A stretch of DNA of 64,000 nucleotides from contig OX597817.1 in NCBI GenBank assembly GCA_951406725.2, positions 93,744,001 through 93,808,000 of the forward strand, written 5' to 3'. The notes under the pieces are model-generated. The model made no database searches. It saw nothing but the letters and a program-made list of their open reading frames with translations, and had not been told where the DNA came from. Shown one piece after another: positions 52,141-64,000 of this stretch. Within the stretch, counting starts at the first letter, position 1. Every line of letters starts with the position of its first letter. Position numbers and translations under genes: made by a program. The DNA is from Octopus vulgaris (Eukaryota).

Positions 52141-55100
52141 GGGAAAAACAACAACAGGAGATGCAGCAGAAGCAAAAGCCAAAAGCTTCAGCACCACCAA
52201 CCCCATCACCACCTCCACCAAAAGCGACACCGCCACCAACCATCATCAGACCAACACCAACACGAAGGACAATGACACCAAAAAAGACAATGATACCATC
52301 ACCACCACCACCAACAACAACACCAATTTCAACAGAGATTACACCACCAACAACAACATCAAATAAAACTGCATTTCGAAACACTACTGAAACAGACCCC
52401 AAAGACATTCCCTTTCCCGTCCAAATCAGCTCGGATAGTGCGAGTATTGATAGTGAGAAAGGGGAGTGGCACACAGTGCCACCGAAAAAGAAAAGAAAAA
52501 AAGAATATAAAGTAACAACTGACAAACTGGGGAGGCGCGAGAAAATAGAGCTTCCCAACATCAACAACAACACGCAGTTACAACAATTAGCAACACCTTC
52601 TCCACCACTACCACTGAACACACCAACACACACAGACACCACCGCCACCAATACCAACGTTTCAGCAATAAACACGAAAAATGAACTCCTAGTGATATAC
52701 TTGAAAAACAATACAGACACAAAAATTTAAGAATTTGTCATACCCACTCACAACACACCCACCAGCACACATACTCACACTGAAAATTTCGCACGACATC
52801 TATGACAAAATAAAAAACAAATTTCCGGACGATGTTGGGTCGCTAGGGAGAAGTTTCTCCAAAAAACTCTTTAGAAATCTGGTGGAAATACTTACACAGA
52901 AGCACAATGGAGCCACCCCACCAGGCAACAGCCGTAAGTAGAGCCTTTTCTCCTTGATAAATACTTTTTTGAAACATGGTCGTGCTCAGAGAGGCCCCAG
53001 GTCGCCTTGGAAACAAGGTCACCTGTTAAACGACCTGAGGTTTTACAGTGTGGATGTAACAGCCATTAGCGAAACCAGACACGCCGTCTCGTGGGAACTC
53101 GCAACCCTTTTCGGCGGATACGAGATTTTTCTATCTCCGTGTCAGCCTGGAGCGGTCGGTATTGGTACTGCGGTGTTATTTCGTAAAAACCTGGATTTGA
53201 AAATAAAGATAGTCTTCCTGGGTCTAGAGGGTAAGTTGTTGGTCATGGACGTGGACGGTAGTGACGGTGGTGCCTTCAGACTGCTGGTTGTCTACGCTTC
53301 GACAGGAACAGGGCAGTCGGATTATTTCAAGTGTCTGGAGGTTTTCTTGAGTACGTCCCGCACTTTAGTGCTAGTTGGGGTTTGGAACGCTGTCTTAGAC
53401 GAATGTTTTGATAGGGTAGGCGCGGGAGCATCTGATAGGAGAGTGGGGGTGCAAGAGCCTCGCTAACCTACTCAGACGCTTTCATCTGTCTGACAGGTAT
53501 CGACTAGACAACCCAAATGTGCCAATGTGGAGAACTGACATTGCTAAGAAAGAACCCAAACAATGGGGACGTGATAGGGAACTTTAGGCCCAACTGAGTG
53601 CAGAGTTGAAGAATCTTGCCAAGGTGCTAGCCAAGGGGTTGGCGCTTGTCATGGACAAGCTGATTGGCAAGGCGCAGACATGTGCCGTGCCCACCAGATC
53701 TATCCACGATAATCTCCATCTCATGCGCAACGTCATAGAGAGGGTGGATAACGAAGCTGGGACGGGTGGGGATTTGATCAATTTAGATCAGTCTAAAGCC
53801 TTCGATAAGGTCGACCATCAGTATCTGGCAGCTGTTTTCCGGATAGCCGGTTTCGGTCTGCTCTTCTGCAGATGGATCGCTGCTTTGTACAGCGGCATCT
53901 TCTCAGTTATACGGGTGAACGGTCACCTATCGGAGCCGTTCGACATCTCGCGTTCGGTCCGCCAAGGATGCCCTCTCTCCTCCCTCTTGTACATTTTGAC
54001 TCTCGAGCCATTACTGCGCAAGTTGGAGGCTTTGAGGGGTATCCCGCGCAATCTAGGAGGCGGAAACAGCGTGTCTGCTTATGCCGACGACGTCACCGTG
54101 GTGGTGTCGAGCCACAGGCACATTGGCCTGATTGGCGAGACGCTAAACGAGTACAAAGCGGTGACAGGTGCGAAAATTAACGCAGAAAAGTCGGTCGGCT
54201 TGCAACTGGGCGCCTAGAGGGGCAAGTACATGCCGTCCAACAGCGTCGTAGTGCGCTGGACAGACGGTCCCGTTAAATTGCTCGGGGTCTGTTTCAGTCC
54301 GGACCTCTAGGTGGAGAAAAATGGAGACGAAGTGACGAGCAGGGTGGCCAATCTCACCAAGAAATAGGCCGAGAGGAAGCTGTCCCTGAAAGGTCGAGCG
54401 GAGGTGGCGAATGCGTACATCGTATCCGTCATCTATTACCGATTGGCCGTCGTCCCTTGTCCCGACCGCTGGTTGGCCAAGCTGGTGCGATTGCTCTTCA
54501 ACTTTCTGTGGAAGATACCATTGGTCAGGCGCTACATCTGCTGTCAACAACCGCTGAACGGAGGCCTTGGCATGCCGTGGTTGCTGATGCGCAGACATGC
54601 GCTCAGGTTGCAGCATCTCAAGCTTTTTCTGGACGGTGAGCAGGTGTGGTCGTCAGACTCGACTTTCCGCAGCTCGTCTCTTTGACCGAGCTGCAATCTT
54701 GGATCAGACGTAGACCGAGAAAGGGCGCTTGGCACCACGAGTGCAGTCAAGCTCTCACAGCCCTCCACCAGGCGGGTTAAATGCGGTCGGTAGTAGTTCC
54801 ACTCTAGCGTTCTATAGAGGGTTAGTTGAGGAAAAGTGCGACAACGTTCTCGAGGAAACTCTAGGCGTCGATGATAATCAGCTAAACAGATTGTTCGTAA
54901 GAACTTTCGGGCCGAGCCCATGGATAACTTCCAAAGGTCCCTCGCCTGACAGCGCTGCTTGCTCCAGATAAACTCTACCGGTACGGAAGTGCCGTCAACC
55001 GGGCCTGCTCGAAGTGTACTTAGAGCGACGAAACCGTTCTGCATGCGCTCGTCCAGTGTCCGAGTATTGCTGATCTGTAGGTTTATGTCGAACAGTTACT

Positions 55101-55146
55101 GTCGCGTGTAGGACGAATCCGGCTATCATCTGAATCCATAGTGAAG
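52141..55146 (+). mobile_element. Older, diverged and deleted copy of the Tx1/L1-like LINE (ORF1 C-part, ORF2 pseudogene)
   Basis: Collinear with 56850-60850 but with many substitutions, stops and a large deletion near 53530. Preceded by a (CCG/CCA)n tract at 51980-52140. Confidence 0.9.
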
Positions 55147-55783
55147 AAGATGACGTTAGAGAGGAAAGTGCTGCTCCGATAGCAAGTTTTATGAAAAGGT
55201 GGGTGAATTGTGCGAGACTGGCCTGTATAAATGGACCAGTTCTCAGGTTTCGCCTGTGATTTCAAAGAAAAAGGTAATGTAAAAGGAGAAGAAAGGGACT
55301 CTCTACACCCCCTTTTTGACCAGGCTCCCGTTGGCTTTTGTAGGGTTTTTTCCACCGGGAACATTTCGAGACGTCTCCCCCTTTTGGGAGTTTTTCATTG
55401 TTGAATTTTATAAGTTGTTATAAAGATTTTTACTCGATGTTTTTAAAAAAACGGCAAAACCCTTTGTAACCTTTCGTCCTGTCTTGTCCCTTTATGTAAT
55501 CATGCGTGTCAGCCCTTGTGGCCAATAAAAAAGAATTGATTATTATTATTATTATTATTATTCCTTCCGACGCCGATGGACGTACGTGAATCAGCTCTGT
55601 GAATTTGACACCAATTTCATTGGAAATTTTTTAATAAGCTTTGAATATTTTTTAATATTTTTGTAGCCAAACCGACCGGCTTCTTGCGGAGCTCGTCGGT
55701 TGGGCGAAATTTTTGCCCCATTCGGGGTGAAATTACTGTCTATCCTTTTGAAATTGACATTTTTTGCACACACACATTACAAA

Positions 55784-57650
55784 ATGGCACTAAAACGAGC
55801 TGCTGGCTCTTCCCCTCCTTCTTGCAACACCCCCCCCAAGAACAAAAAAAATAACGTCACGGGTTACGTACAACCCATTTCAGGCCGTAAAAGGCAACAA
55901 AGCTCCTCCTTCCGAACCGGAGAGCACGCGCTCGGTTCAAAAGGAGAATGCATGCCAGGACGTCGCGTTCGACGTCACTTCTTGATTTCCCCTCTGCCTT
56001 CAACAAGTGATGCTGTACCGAAGGGGGAGGTAAAGAAAATTATAACAGACACAAACACAGACAAGAACCAACAAAAAACTGTAAAAGCTTCTAACGATTT
56101 TGCTTCTGCTGCGAAGCAAATTTCGGAAGATGTAGAAATTACAATGGAGGACATAAAAATGGCACAAGATTTGTTGAGAAAGGAGGGGAACAGTGTTTTC
56201 CTCAACACACCTCAACAACTCACACAAGAAACAAGCAAAAGAACAATCTTTTATAAAGTCTTCGAAAAGAAAACTAAAAGATTGTTTAACGCCACACCAC
56301 AACAGTTGGAGATGGCTCTGAAGCCCATTTGGGGCCAGAAGAGCTATGTGACAAGAGGGAAGCGATTTGGAACCGTGGAGGTTCGCTTCCCAACAGAGGA
56401 GCTTGCAAGGGCAAACGCCATTTCGCCCTTGCAAAATGAACATTTGTTCCCTCGTCCCGACGTACCTCGGGCGTAAGGTACAAAAAAATAACCATAAGCA
56501 CAATACCCCCCGAACAGAAAATCTCATGGCTAGTGGCGGCTGTCCTCTATGGCATAGAGGACACTGCCACTATTCTGAATGTTCGGAGGGTACGAGAAAA
56601 GAACTGGTCAGGCATGGGTATTCAACTGCTGGTACAGATCCAGCAGGAAAACATCAATGCCATACCTGACTTTGTCATCTTGCTGGATGGGACCAGGCTA
56701 AATGTTATTGTAGAGGGGCGAAAGCCAAAATGTTTCCTCTGCAGTAGCGAAAGCCACCTAAAAAGGGACTGCCCCATTCAAAAAAAGAGAATGGAGGAGT
56801 ATAGCAAGAGGCAGCAGCAACAACAACAACAACAACAACAACACAAGCAACAACAACAGAAACAACAAAAACAGCAAGAAAAACCAAAGGCTGCCACACC
56901 ACCAACACCATCACCAACACCAGCACCAAGACGAACAACACCACCTCCAACAACAACAACCACCACCAAACCAACACCGACAACCACCACCAAACCAACA
57001 CCGACACCAGTACCTCGAAGGTCGACAGCAGCGACATCAACAGTAACAGGAGCAGCGGCACCACCGATACCGGTGGAACCAGAAACTTTTCGTCCTGCTA
57101 CAACCATTCCTTTGCCGGATGAAGAGATCTCGGATTGTGCGAGCTCGGATTCCAACAAAGGAGAATGGAATATAGTACCTCCAAAAAGAAAAGGAGGAAA
57201 AAACAAAAAGTTTTACAGGGGAAGCACGAACAAATAGTACTTCCCAACATCAACAACAACATCAACAACAACACACACTCACAACAACAAACAACAACAA
57301 CAACACTTTCGACACCACTACTGCCACTACCACAGACACAAACAAACACAGACACAATTACAGACACGATTACAGCAGTGAATACAAGAAACCAGGAACT
57401 GGTTGAGTATTTGAAAAACAAAACAAGCACAAACATTACAGATTTCATAATACCTACACACAACACACCACCAGCACACATTCTCACAATAAAAATAAAC
57501 AAAACAGTTTACAACGAAATAAAACAAATATTCCCTAACGATGTGGGATCGTTAGGGAAAAGTTTCTCTCAGAAACTTTACAAAAATATCATTGAAGCAC
57601 CCGTGCAAAAGCACAAGGGAGCCACCCCCACCACCAACAACAGTAAGTAG
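55784..57650 (+). CDS. ORF1 (RRM-like region, CCHC knuckle, polyQ, Pro/Thr-rich linker); frameshifts in homopolymers
   Basis: MALKRAAG...; YVTRGKRFGTVEVRF; CFLCSSESHLKRDC. Frameshift positions partly differ from copy 2, consistent with sequencing indels. Confidence 0.8.
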
Positions 57651-57692
57651 AGCCTTTTTTTCTCCTTTTTTTTTTCCCCTAACTTTTGAAAT

Positions 57693-60600
57693 ATGGCAAA
57701 TCTTAGAATCGGTTGCTTGAATGTGAGAGGCCTCGGGTCACCTTGGAAACAGGGTCACCTGTTAAACGACCTGAGGTTTCATGATGTGGATGTAGCAGCC
57801 ATCAGTGAAACCAGGCTCTCCGACCCGCAGGAACTCGCAGCCCTTTTCGGCGGATACGAGATATTTCTATCTCCGTGTCGGCCGGGAGCGGGCGGTGGTG
57901 GTACTGCGGTGTTGTTTCGGAAGGGCCTGGACCTGAAAATAAGGACAGTCTTCTTGGATCCGGAAGGTAAGTTGGTGGTCCTCGACGTGGACGGTAGTGA
58001 CGGCGGTGCTTTCAGACTGCTGGCTGCCTACGCTCCGACAGGAGCAGGGCAGTCGGATTATTTCAAACGTCTGGAAGTTTTCCTGGGAACGTCACGCACT
58101 CTAGTACTAGTTGGGGATTGGAACGCTGTCTTAGACGAACGTTTCGATCGGGTGGGCAGGGGAGCGTCTGATAGGAGAGGGGGAGGGTGCAAGAGCCTCG
58201 CCAACCTACTCGGCCGCTTTCAGCTGTCCGACAGGTTTCGACTAGACAACCCGAATGTGCCAATGTGGACTTGGACAAACCGCATCGGGTCGTCTAGATC
58301 GTACTTAGATAGAGTGTTTTGTAGGCCAGCGGATAAGGACAGCGTAGGGTGTCCACAATTCCACCTAGTCGAATATACGGACCACAAATTAGTGATCTGT
58401 ACGGTCGACTTAGATAGGCTACATAGACAGGGACCCGGCTACTGGAAGCTGAACGCGTCGTTAACGGCGTGCAAAGCTTACAGAGACCGGATTAGTTTAC
58501 TAGTTAAGCGGGCGCTCACGGGGGCAATCATCAACAACAACTGGTGGTTTGCCCTCAAGAGAGCAATTAGAGTAGAGTCGATTAGGTATAGTAAGACTCT
58601 AGCTATTGAACGTAGGAAGAGAGAGCGGGATTTAGTTAAGAAACTAGACGAGGCTCTTGACACTGGCATCGCGACCGACGTGTTGGCGGCAAGGTTGGCC
58701 CTCGACCAACACTTCGACGCCAAACACGAAGGCTGCGTTGTCAGAGCTAAGGCACGTTCGCTAAGCGGGGAGGGGACTAGAGCCGCTCGATGGGCCCGCG
58801 TGGCGGAGGCGAAGCGAGGCAACAGAGCAACCATTCGGTCTTTGGTGGACCAGAACGGGCGCGAGGTTACCCAACCGAAGCAGATGTGTACGGTACTTCA
58901 GCGGCACTTTGCTCAACTGTTTGGGACGAGCGGTGGAACGGACACCAACGGTACAGACTTCGGTGTGTACCTGGACGGACTGCCGCAACTCTCGGACAGC
59001 GAGGCAGAGTGCTGCGAAGGACCGATATCTGCCTGGGAAGTACAGGAAGCGATGAAGAGTTGCACGAGAGGTAGATCGCCGGGTTTGGATGGTCTGCCCT
59101 ACGAGCTTTACTTTTCAATGCCAGACTTGTTTGCGGACCTGTTGGCAAACGTCTACTGCAACTGGCAGCAAAACGGGAGAATTCCTGCTTTTGTCTGTCG
59201 AGGGGTGGTGGCTTTGCTAAAGAAGGACCCAAACAAGGGGGACGTTATAGGCAATTTCCGGCCCATCACTCTGCTCAATGCAGAGTTGAAGATTTTGGCC
59301 AAGGTGCTAGCCAAGAGATTGGCGCTTGTCGTGGACAAGCTGGTCGGCGGGACGCAGACATGCGCCGTGCCGACCAGGTCGATACACGACAACCTCCATC
59401 TCATGCGCTACATCATAGAGAGGGTGGGTAACGACGCTGGCGCGGGTGGGGCTTTGATCAACTTGGATCAGAGTAAAGCCTTCGATAGGGTCGACCATCG
59501 GTACCTGGCAGCTGTCCTCAAGGCAGCCGGCTTCGGTCCAGTCTTCCGCGGGTGGATCGCTGCTTTATACAGCAACATCTGCTCGGTGATACGGGTGAAC
59601 GGTCACCTTTCGGAACCGTTCGACATCTCGCGTTCGGTCCGCCAAGGATGCCCTCTCTCCTCCCTCTTGTACATTTTGACTCTCGAGCCATTACTGCGCA
59701 AGTTGGAGGCTTTGAGGGGCATCCCGCGCGATCTAGGAGGCGGAAACAGCGTGTCTGCTTATGCCGACGACGTCACCGTGGTGGTGTCGAGCCACAGGCA
59801 CATTGGCCTGATTGGCGAGACGCTAAACCAGTACGAAGCGGTGACAGGGGCAAAGATTAACGCGGAAAAGTCTGTGGGCTTGCAACTGGGCACCTGGAGA
59901 GGCAAGCCCATGCCGTCCAACAGCGTCGTAGGGCGCTGGACAGACGGACCCGTTAAACTGCTCGGGGTCTGGTTCGGTCCGGACCTCCAGGTGGATAAGA
60001 ACTGGGAAGAGGTGACGAGCAGGGTGGCACGTCTCACCCAGAAATGGGCCGAGAGGAAGCTGTCCCTGAAAGGTCGAGCGGAGGTGGCGAATGCGTACAT
60101 CGCATCCGTCATCTATTACCGCTTGACCGTCGTCCCTTGTCCCGACCGCTGGTTGGCCAAGCTGGTACACCTGCTCTTCGACTTTTTGTGGAAGGGTCAG
60201 GTGCCACTGGTCAGGCGATCCATCTGCTGTCAACGACCGCTGAACGGAGGCCTTGGAATGCCGTGGTTGCTGTTGCGCAGACATGCGCTCAGGCTGCGGC
60301 ATCTCAAGCGCTTCCTAGACGGTGAACAGGTGTGGTCGTCTTTTGTCAGACGCGATTTTCCGCAGCTCGTCTCTTTGACGGAGCTGCAGACCTGGATCAA
60401 ACGTAGACCGAGAAAGGGCGCTTGGCACCTCGAGTGCCGTCAAGCCCTCTCCGCCCTCCACCAGGCGGGCAATGCGGTCGGTTACAGCTCCACTCTAGCG
60501 TTCTATAGAGGGTTAGTGGAGGAAAAATGCGACGACGTTCTCGGGGAAACTCTAGGCGTTGAAGACGACGAACTGAGCGGTCTGTTCGGGAGGACTTTCG

Positions 60601-61127
60601 GGCCGGGGCCGATGGATAATTTCCAGAGGTCTCTCGCCTGGCAGTGCTACCGAGGGGCTCTGCCTGTTCGAGATAAACTCTACCGGCACGGAAGTGCCGT
60701 CAGCCGGGCCTGCCCGAGGTGTTGCCAGGACGACGAAACCGTTCTGCACGCACTCGTCCAGTGCCCGAGTATTGCTGAAATATGGGTTTATGTCGAACAG
60801 CTACTGTCACGTGTAGGACGGATCCGACTATCGGCCGAATCCATAGTGAAGATTGCCCCGCCGACCTCCTTTAACAAGGAGGGCGAGGCCGTTTTCTTGT
60901 GCCTTGTGGCTGTGGCGAAAGAAGTCGTGTGGTGGACTCGTTTGAAAGGGCTAAAGTCAGACACTTTCCTCTTTGGTCAAGGCCTCATCAACTTTTTCAA
61001 GTTTCACTTGAAAAGGAAGATGAGGTTAGAGAGGAAAGTGCTGTCCGATAGCAAGTTTTATGAAAGGTGGGTGAATTGTGCGAGACTGGCCTGTATAAAT
61101 GGACCAGTTCTCAGGTTTCGCCTGTGA
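57693..61127 (+). CDS. ORF2, 1144 aa: APE endonuclease, reverse transcriptase and C-terminal zinc-binding domain; intact
   Basis: LNVRG, ISET, VGDWN, YLDR, TDH; SPGLDG, FRPITLLN, DQSKAFDRV, VRQGCPLS, YADD; CPRC...ETVLHALVQC. Confidence 0.97.
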   Translation: MANLRIGCLNVRGLGSPWKQGHLLNDLRFHDVDVAAISETRLSDPQELAALFGGYEIFLSPCRPGAGGGGTAVLFRKGLDLKIRTVFLDPEGKLVVLDVDGSDGGAFRLLAAYAPTGAGQSDYFKRLEVFLGTSRTLVLVGDWNAVLDERFDRVGRGASDRRGGGCKSLANLLGRFQLSDRFRLDNPNVPMWTWTNRIGSSRSYLDRVFCRPADKDSVGCPQFHLVEYTDHKLVICTVDLDRLHRQGPGYWKLNASLTACKAYRDRISLLVKRALTGAIINNNWWFALKRAIRVESIRYSKTLAIERRKRERDLVKKLDEALDTGIATDVLAARLALDQHFDAKHEGCVVRAKARSLSGEGTRAARWARVAEAKRGNRATIRSLVDQNGREVTQPKQMCTVLQRHFAQLFGTSGGTDTNGTDFGVYLDGLPQLSDSEAECCEGPISAWEVQEAMKSCTRGRSPGLDGLPYELYFSMPDLFADLLANVYCNWQQNGRIPAFVCRGVVALLKKDPNKGDVIGNFRPITLLNAELKILAKVLAKRLALVVDKLVGGTQTCAVPTRSIHDNLHLMRYIIERVGNDAGAGGALINLDQSKAFDRVDHRYLAAVLKAAGFGPVFRGWIAALYSNICSVIRVNGHLSEPFDISRSVRQGCPLSSLLYILTLEPLLRKLEALRGIPRDLGGGNSVSAYADDVTVVVSSHRHIGLIGETLNQYEAVTGAKINAEKSVGLQLGTWRGKPMPSNSVVGRWTDGPVKLLGVWFGPDLQVDKNWEEVTSRVARLTQKWAERKLSLKGRAEVANAYIASVIYYRLTVVPCPDRWLAKLVHLLFDFLWKGQVPLVRRSICCQRPLNGGLGMPWLLLRRHALRLRHLKRFLDGEQVWSSFVRRDFPQLVSLTELQTWIKRRPRKGAWHLECRQALSALHQAGNAVGYSSTLAFYRGLVEEKCDDVLGETLGVEDDELSGLFGRTFGPGPMDNFQRSLAWQCYRGALPVRDKLYRHGSAVSRACPRCCQDDETVLHALVQCPSIAEIWVYVEQLLSRVGRIRLSAESIVKIAPPTSFNKEGEAVFLCLVAVAKEVVWWTRLKGLKSDTFLFGQGLINFFKFHLKRKMRLERKVLSDSKFYERWVNCARLACINGPVLRFRL

Positions 61128-61643
61128 TTTCAAAGAAAAAGGTAATGTAAAAGGAGAAGAAAGGGGACTCTCTACACCCCCTTTTTTGACCAGGCTCCCG
61201 TTGGCTTTTGTAGGGTTTTTTCCACCGGGAACATTTCGAGACGTCTCCCCCTTTTGGGAGTTTTTCATTGTTGAATTTTATAAGTTGTTATAAAGATTTT
61301 TACTCGATGTTTTAAAAAAAACGGACAAAACCCTTTGTAACCTTTCGTCCTGTCTTGTCCCTTCATGTAATCATGCGTGTCAGCCCTTGTGGCCAATAAA
61401 AAAGAATTGATTATTATTATTATTCCTTCCGACGCCGATGGACGTACGTGAATCAGCTCTGTGAGTTTTGTGCCAATTTTGTTGGAAATTTTTTAATAAG
61501 CTTGAATATTTTTTAATATTTTTGTAGCCAAACCGACCGGCTTCTTGCGGAGCTCGTCGGTTGGGCGAAATTTTGCCCCATTCGGGGTGAAATTACTGTC
61601 TATCCTTTTGAAATTGACATTTTTTGCACACACACATTACAAA

Positions 61644-63528
61644 ATGGCACTAAAACGAGCTGCTGGCTCTTCCCTCCTTCTTGCAACACCCCCCCTACAA
61701 GAACAAAAAAAAATAACGTCACGGGTTACGTACAACCCATTTCAGGCCGTAAAAGGCAACAAAGCTCCTCCTTCCGAACCGGAGAGCACGCGCTCGGTTC
61801 AAAAGGAGAATGCATGCCAGGACGTCGCGTTCGACGTCACTCTTGATTTCCCCCCTCTGCCTTCAACAAGTGATGCTGTACCGAAGGGGGAGGTAAAGAA
61901 AATTATAACAGACACAAACACAGACAAGAACCAACAAAAAACTGTAAAAGCTTCTAACGATTTTGCTTCTGCTGCGAAGCAAATTTCGGAAGATGTAGAA
62001 ATTACAATGGAGGACATAAAAATGGCACAAGATTTGTTGAGAAAGGAGGGGAACAGTGTTTTCCTCAACACACCTCAACAACTCACACAAGAAACAAGCA
62101 AAAGAACAATCTTTTATAAAGTCTTCGAAAAGAAAACTAAAAGATTGTTTAACGCCACACCACAACAGTTGGAGATGGCTCTGAAGCCCATTTGGGGCCA
62201 GAAGAGCTATGTGACAAGAGGGAAGCGATTTGGAACCGTGGAGGTTCGCTTCCCAACAGAGGAGCTTGCAAGGGCAAACGCCATTTCGCCCTTGCAAAAT
62301 GAACATTTGTTCCTCGTCCCGACGTACCTCGGGCGTAAGGTACAAAAAATAACCATAAGCACAATACCCCCCGAACAGAAAATCTCATGGCTAGTGGCGG
62401 CTGTCCTCTATGGCATAGAGGACACTGCCACTATTCTGAATGTTCGGAGGGTACGAGAAAAGAACTGGTCAGGCATGGGTATTCAACTGCTGGTACAGAT
62501 CCAGCAGGAAAACATCAATGCCATACCTGACTTTGTCATCTTGCTGGATGGGACCAGGCTAAATGTTATTGTAGAGGGGCGAAAGCCAAAATGTTTCCTC
62601 TGCAGTAGCGAAAGCCACCTAAAAAGGGACTGCCCCATTCAAAAAAAGAGAATGGAGGAGTATAGCAAGAGGCAGCAGCAACAACAACAACAACAACAAC
62701 AACACAAGCAACAACAACAGAAACAACAAAAACAGCAAGAAAAACCAAAGGCTGCCACACCACCAACACCATCACCAACACCAGCACCAAGACGAACAAC
62801 ACCACCTCCAACAACAACAACCACCACCAAACCAACACCGACAACCACCACCAAACCAACACCGACACCAGTACCTCGAAGGTCGACAGCAGCGACATCA
62901 ACAGTAACAGGAGCAGCGGCACCACCGATACCGGCGGAACCTAAAACTTTTCGTCCTGCTACTGAAGCAGACCCCTCAACCATTCCTTTGCCGGATGAAG
63001 AGATCTCGGATTGTGCGAGCTCGGATTCCAACAAAGGAGAATGGAATATAGTACCTCCAAAAAAGAAAAGGAGGAAAAAAACAAAAAGTTTTACAGGGGA
63101 AGCACGAACAAATAGTACTTCCCAACATCAACAACAACATCAACAACAACACACACTCACAACAACAAACAACAACAACAACACTTTCGACACCACTACT
63201 GCCACTACCACAGACACAAACAAACACAGACACAATTACAGACACGATTACAGCAGTGAATACAAGAAACCAGGAACTGGTTGAGTATTTGAAAAACAAA
63301 ACAAGCACAAACATTACAGATTTCATAATACCTACACACAACACACCACCAGCACACATTCTCACAATAAAAATAAACAAAACAGTGTACAATGAAATAA
63401 AACAAATATTCCCTAACGATGTGGGATCGTTAGGGAAAAGTTTCTCTCAGAAACTTTACAAAAATATTATTGAAGCACCCGTGCAAAAGCACAAGGGAGC
63501 CACCCCCACCACCAACAACAGTAAGTAG
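61644..63528 (+). CDS. ORF1 of unit 2 (frameshift in an A-run near 63080)
   Basis: ORFs 61545-63284 and 63256-63528 carry the same motifs as unit 1 ORF1. Confidence 0.8.
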
Positions 63529-63565
63529 AGCCTTTTTTCTCCTTTTTTTCCCTAATTCTTGAGAC

Positions 63566-64000
63566 ATGGCAAATCTTAGAATCGGTTGCTTGAATGTGAG
63601 AGGCCTCGGGTCACCTTGGAAACAGGGTCACCTGTTAAACGACCTGAGGTTTCATGATGTGGATATAGCAGCCATCAGTGAAACCAGGCTCTCCGACCCG
63701 CAGGAACTCGCAGCCCTTTTCGGCGGATACGAGATATTTCTATCTCCGTGTCGGCCGGGAGCGGGCGGTGGTGGTACTGCGGTGTTGTTTCGGAAGGGCC
63801 TGGACCTGAAAATAAGAACAGTCTTCTTGGATCCGGAAGGTAAGTTGGTGGTCCTCGACGTGGACGGTAGTGACGGCGGTGCTTTCAGACTGCTGGCTGC
63901 CTACGCTCCGACAGGAGCAGGGCAGTCGGATTATTTCAAACGTCTGGAAGTTTTCCTGGGAACGTCACGCACTCTAGTACTAGTTGGGGATTGGAACGCT
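63566..64000 (+). CDS. ORF2 of unit 2, N-terminal APE domain (partial)
   Basis: MANLRIGCLNVRGLGSPW...VGDWNA, open to the window end. Confidence 0.9.
   Translation, partial: MANLRIGCLNVRGLGSPWKQGHLLNDLRFHDVDIAAISETRLSDPQELAALFGGYEIFLSPCRPGAGGGGTAVLFRKGLDLKIRTVFLDPEGKLVVLDVDGSDGGAFRLLAAYAPTGAGQSDYFKRLEVFLGTSRTLVLVGDWNA

Larger units (their letters stand above)
55561..61422 (+). mobile_element. Full-length young Tx1/L1-clade non-LTR retrotransposon, tandem unit 1 (~5862 bp)
   Basis: 5' end ttccttccgacgccg; ORF1 and ORF2; 3' UTR; AATAAA and (TTA)n tail; directly preceded and followed by the same element. Confidence 0.95.
61423..64000 (+). mobile_element. Tandem unit 2 of the Tx1/L1-like LINE (runs off the window)
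   Basis: Near-identical to unit 1, with a small indel near 62960. ORF1 61644-63528; ORF2 starts at ATG 63566. Confidence 0.95.

Noticed and set aside
51897-52730. 277-aa His/Arg/Cys- and Pro-rich ORF as a host gene
   Set aside because: It is a trinucleotide repeat fused in frame to a decayed LINE ORF1 fragment.
55561-64000. Telomere-specific retrotransposon array
   Set aside because: No (TTAGGG)n or other telomeric repeat at the junctions; chromosomal position unknown.

Overview
AT-rich, microsatellite-dense metazoan genomic DNA with no recognisable host gene. The SINE families and repeat landscape resemble octopus/cephalopod DNA (inference only). The window is almost entirely transposable elements: decayed mariner, Chapaev3-like, Tigger and Tc1 transposons; CR1 and RTE LINE fragments; many tRNA-derived SINEs; a 5'-truncated Penelope-like element; two related compact LTR retrotransposons (13.8-16.2 kb, 37.3-41.8 kb); and a head-to-tail array of a young Tx1/L1-clade LINE with an intact 1144-aa ORF2 (55.6-64 kb). 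Three signals stand out. (1) Both LTR elements, despite unrelated LTRs, carry directly after the 5' LTR the sequence AGCTATTTCGG(C/T), complementary to the 5' end (nt 1-12) of tRNA-Phe rather than to a tRNA 3' CCA end, which suggests an unconventional priming mechanism. (2) About a dozen hammerhead-ribozyme motifs lie in Penelope-type repeats, including a non-circularly permuted form supported by covariation, a G3:C8 core-swap variant and an A6U variant. (3) The Tx1 array appears to insert into its own (TTA)n tail. Most short ORFs in the supplied track are microsatellite artefacts. All folds and alignments were done by eye.
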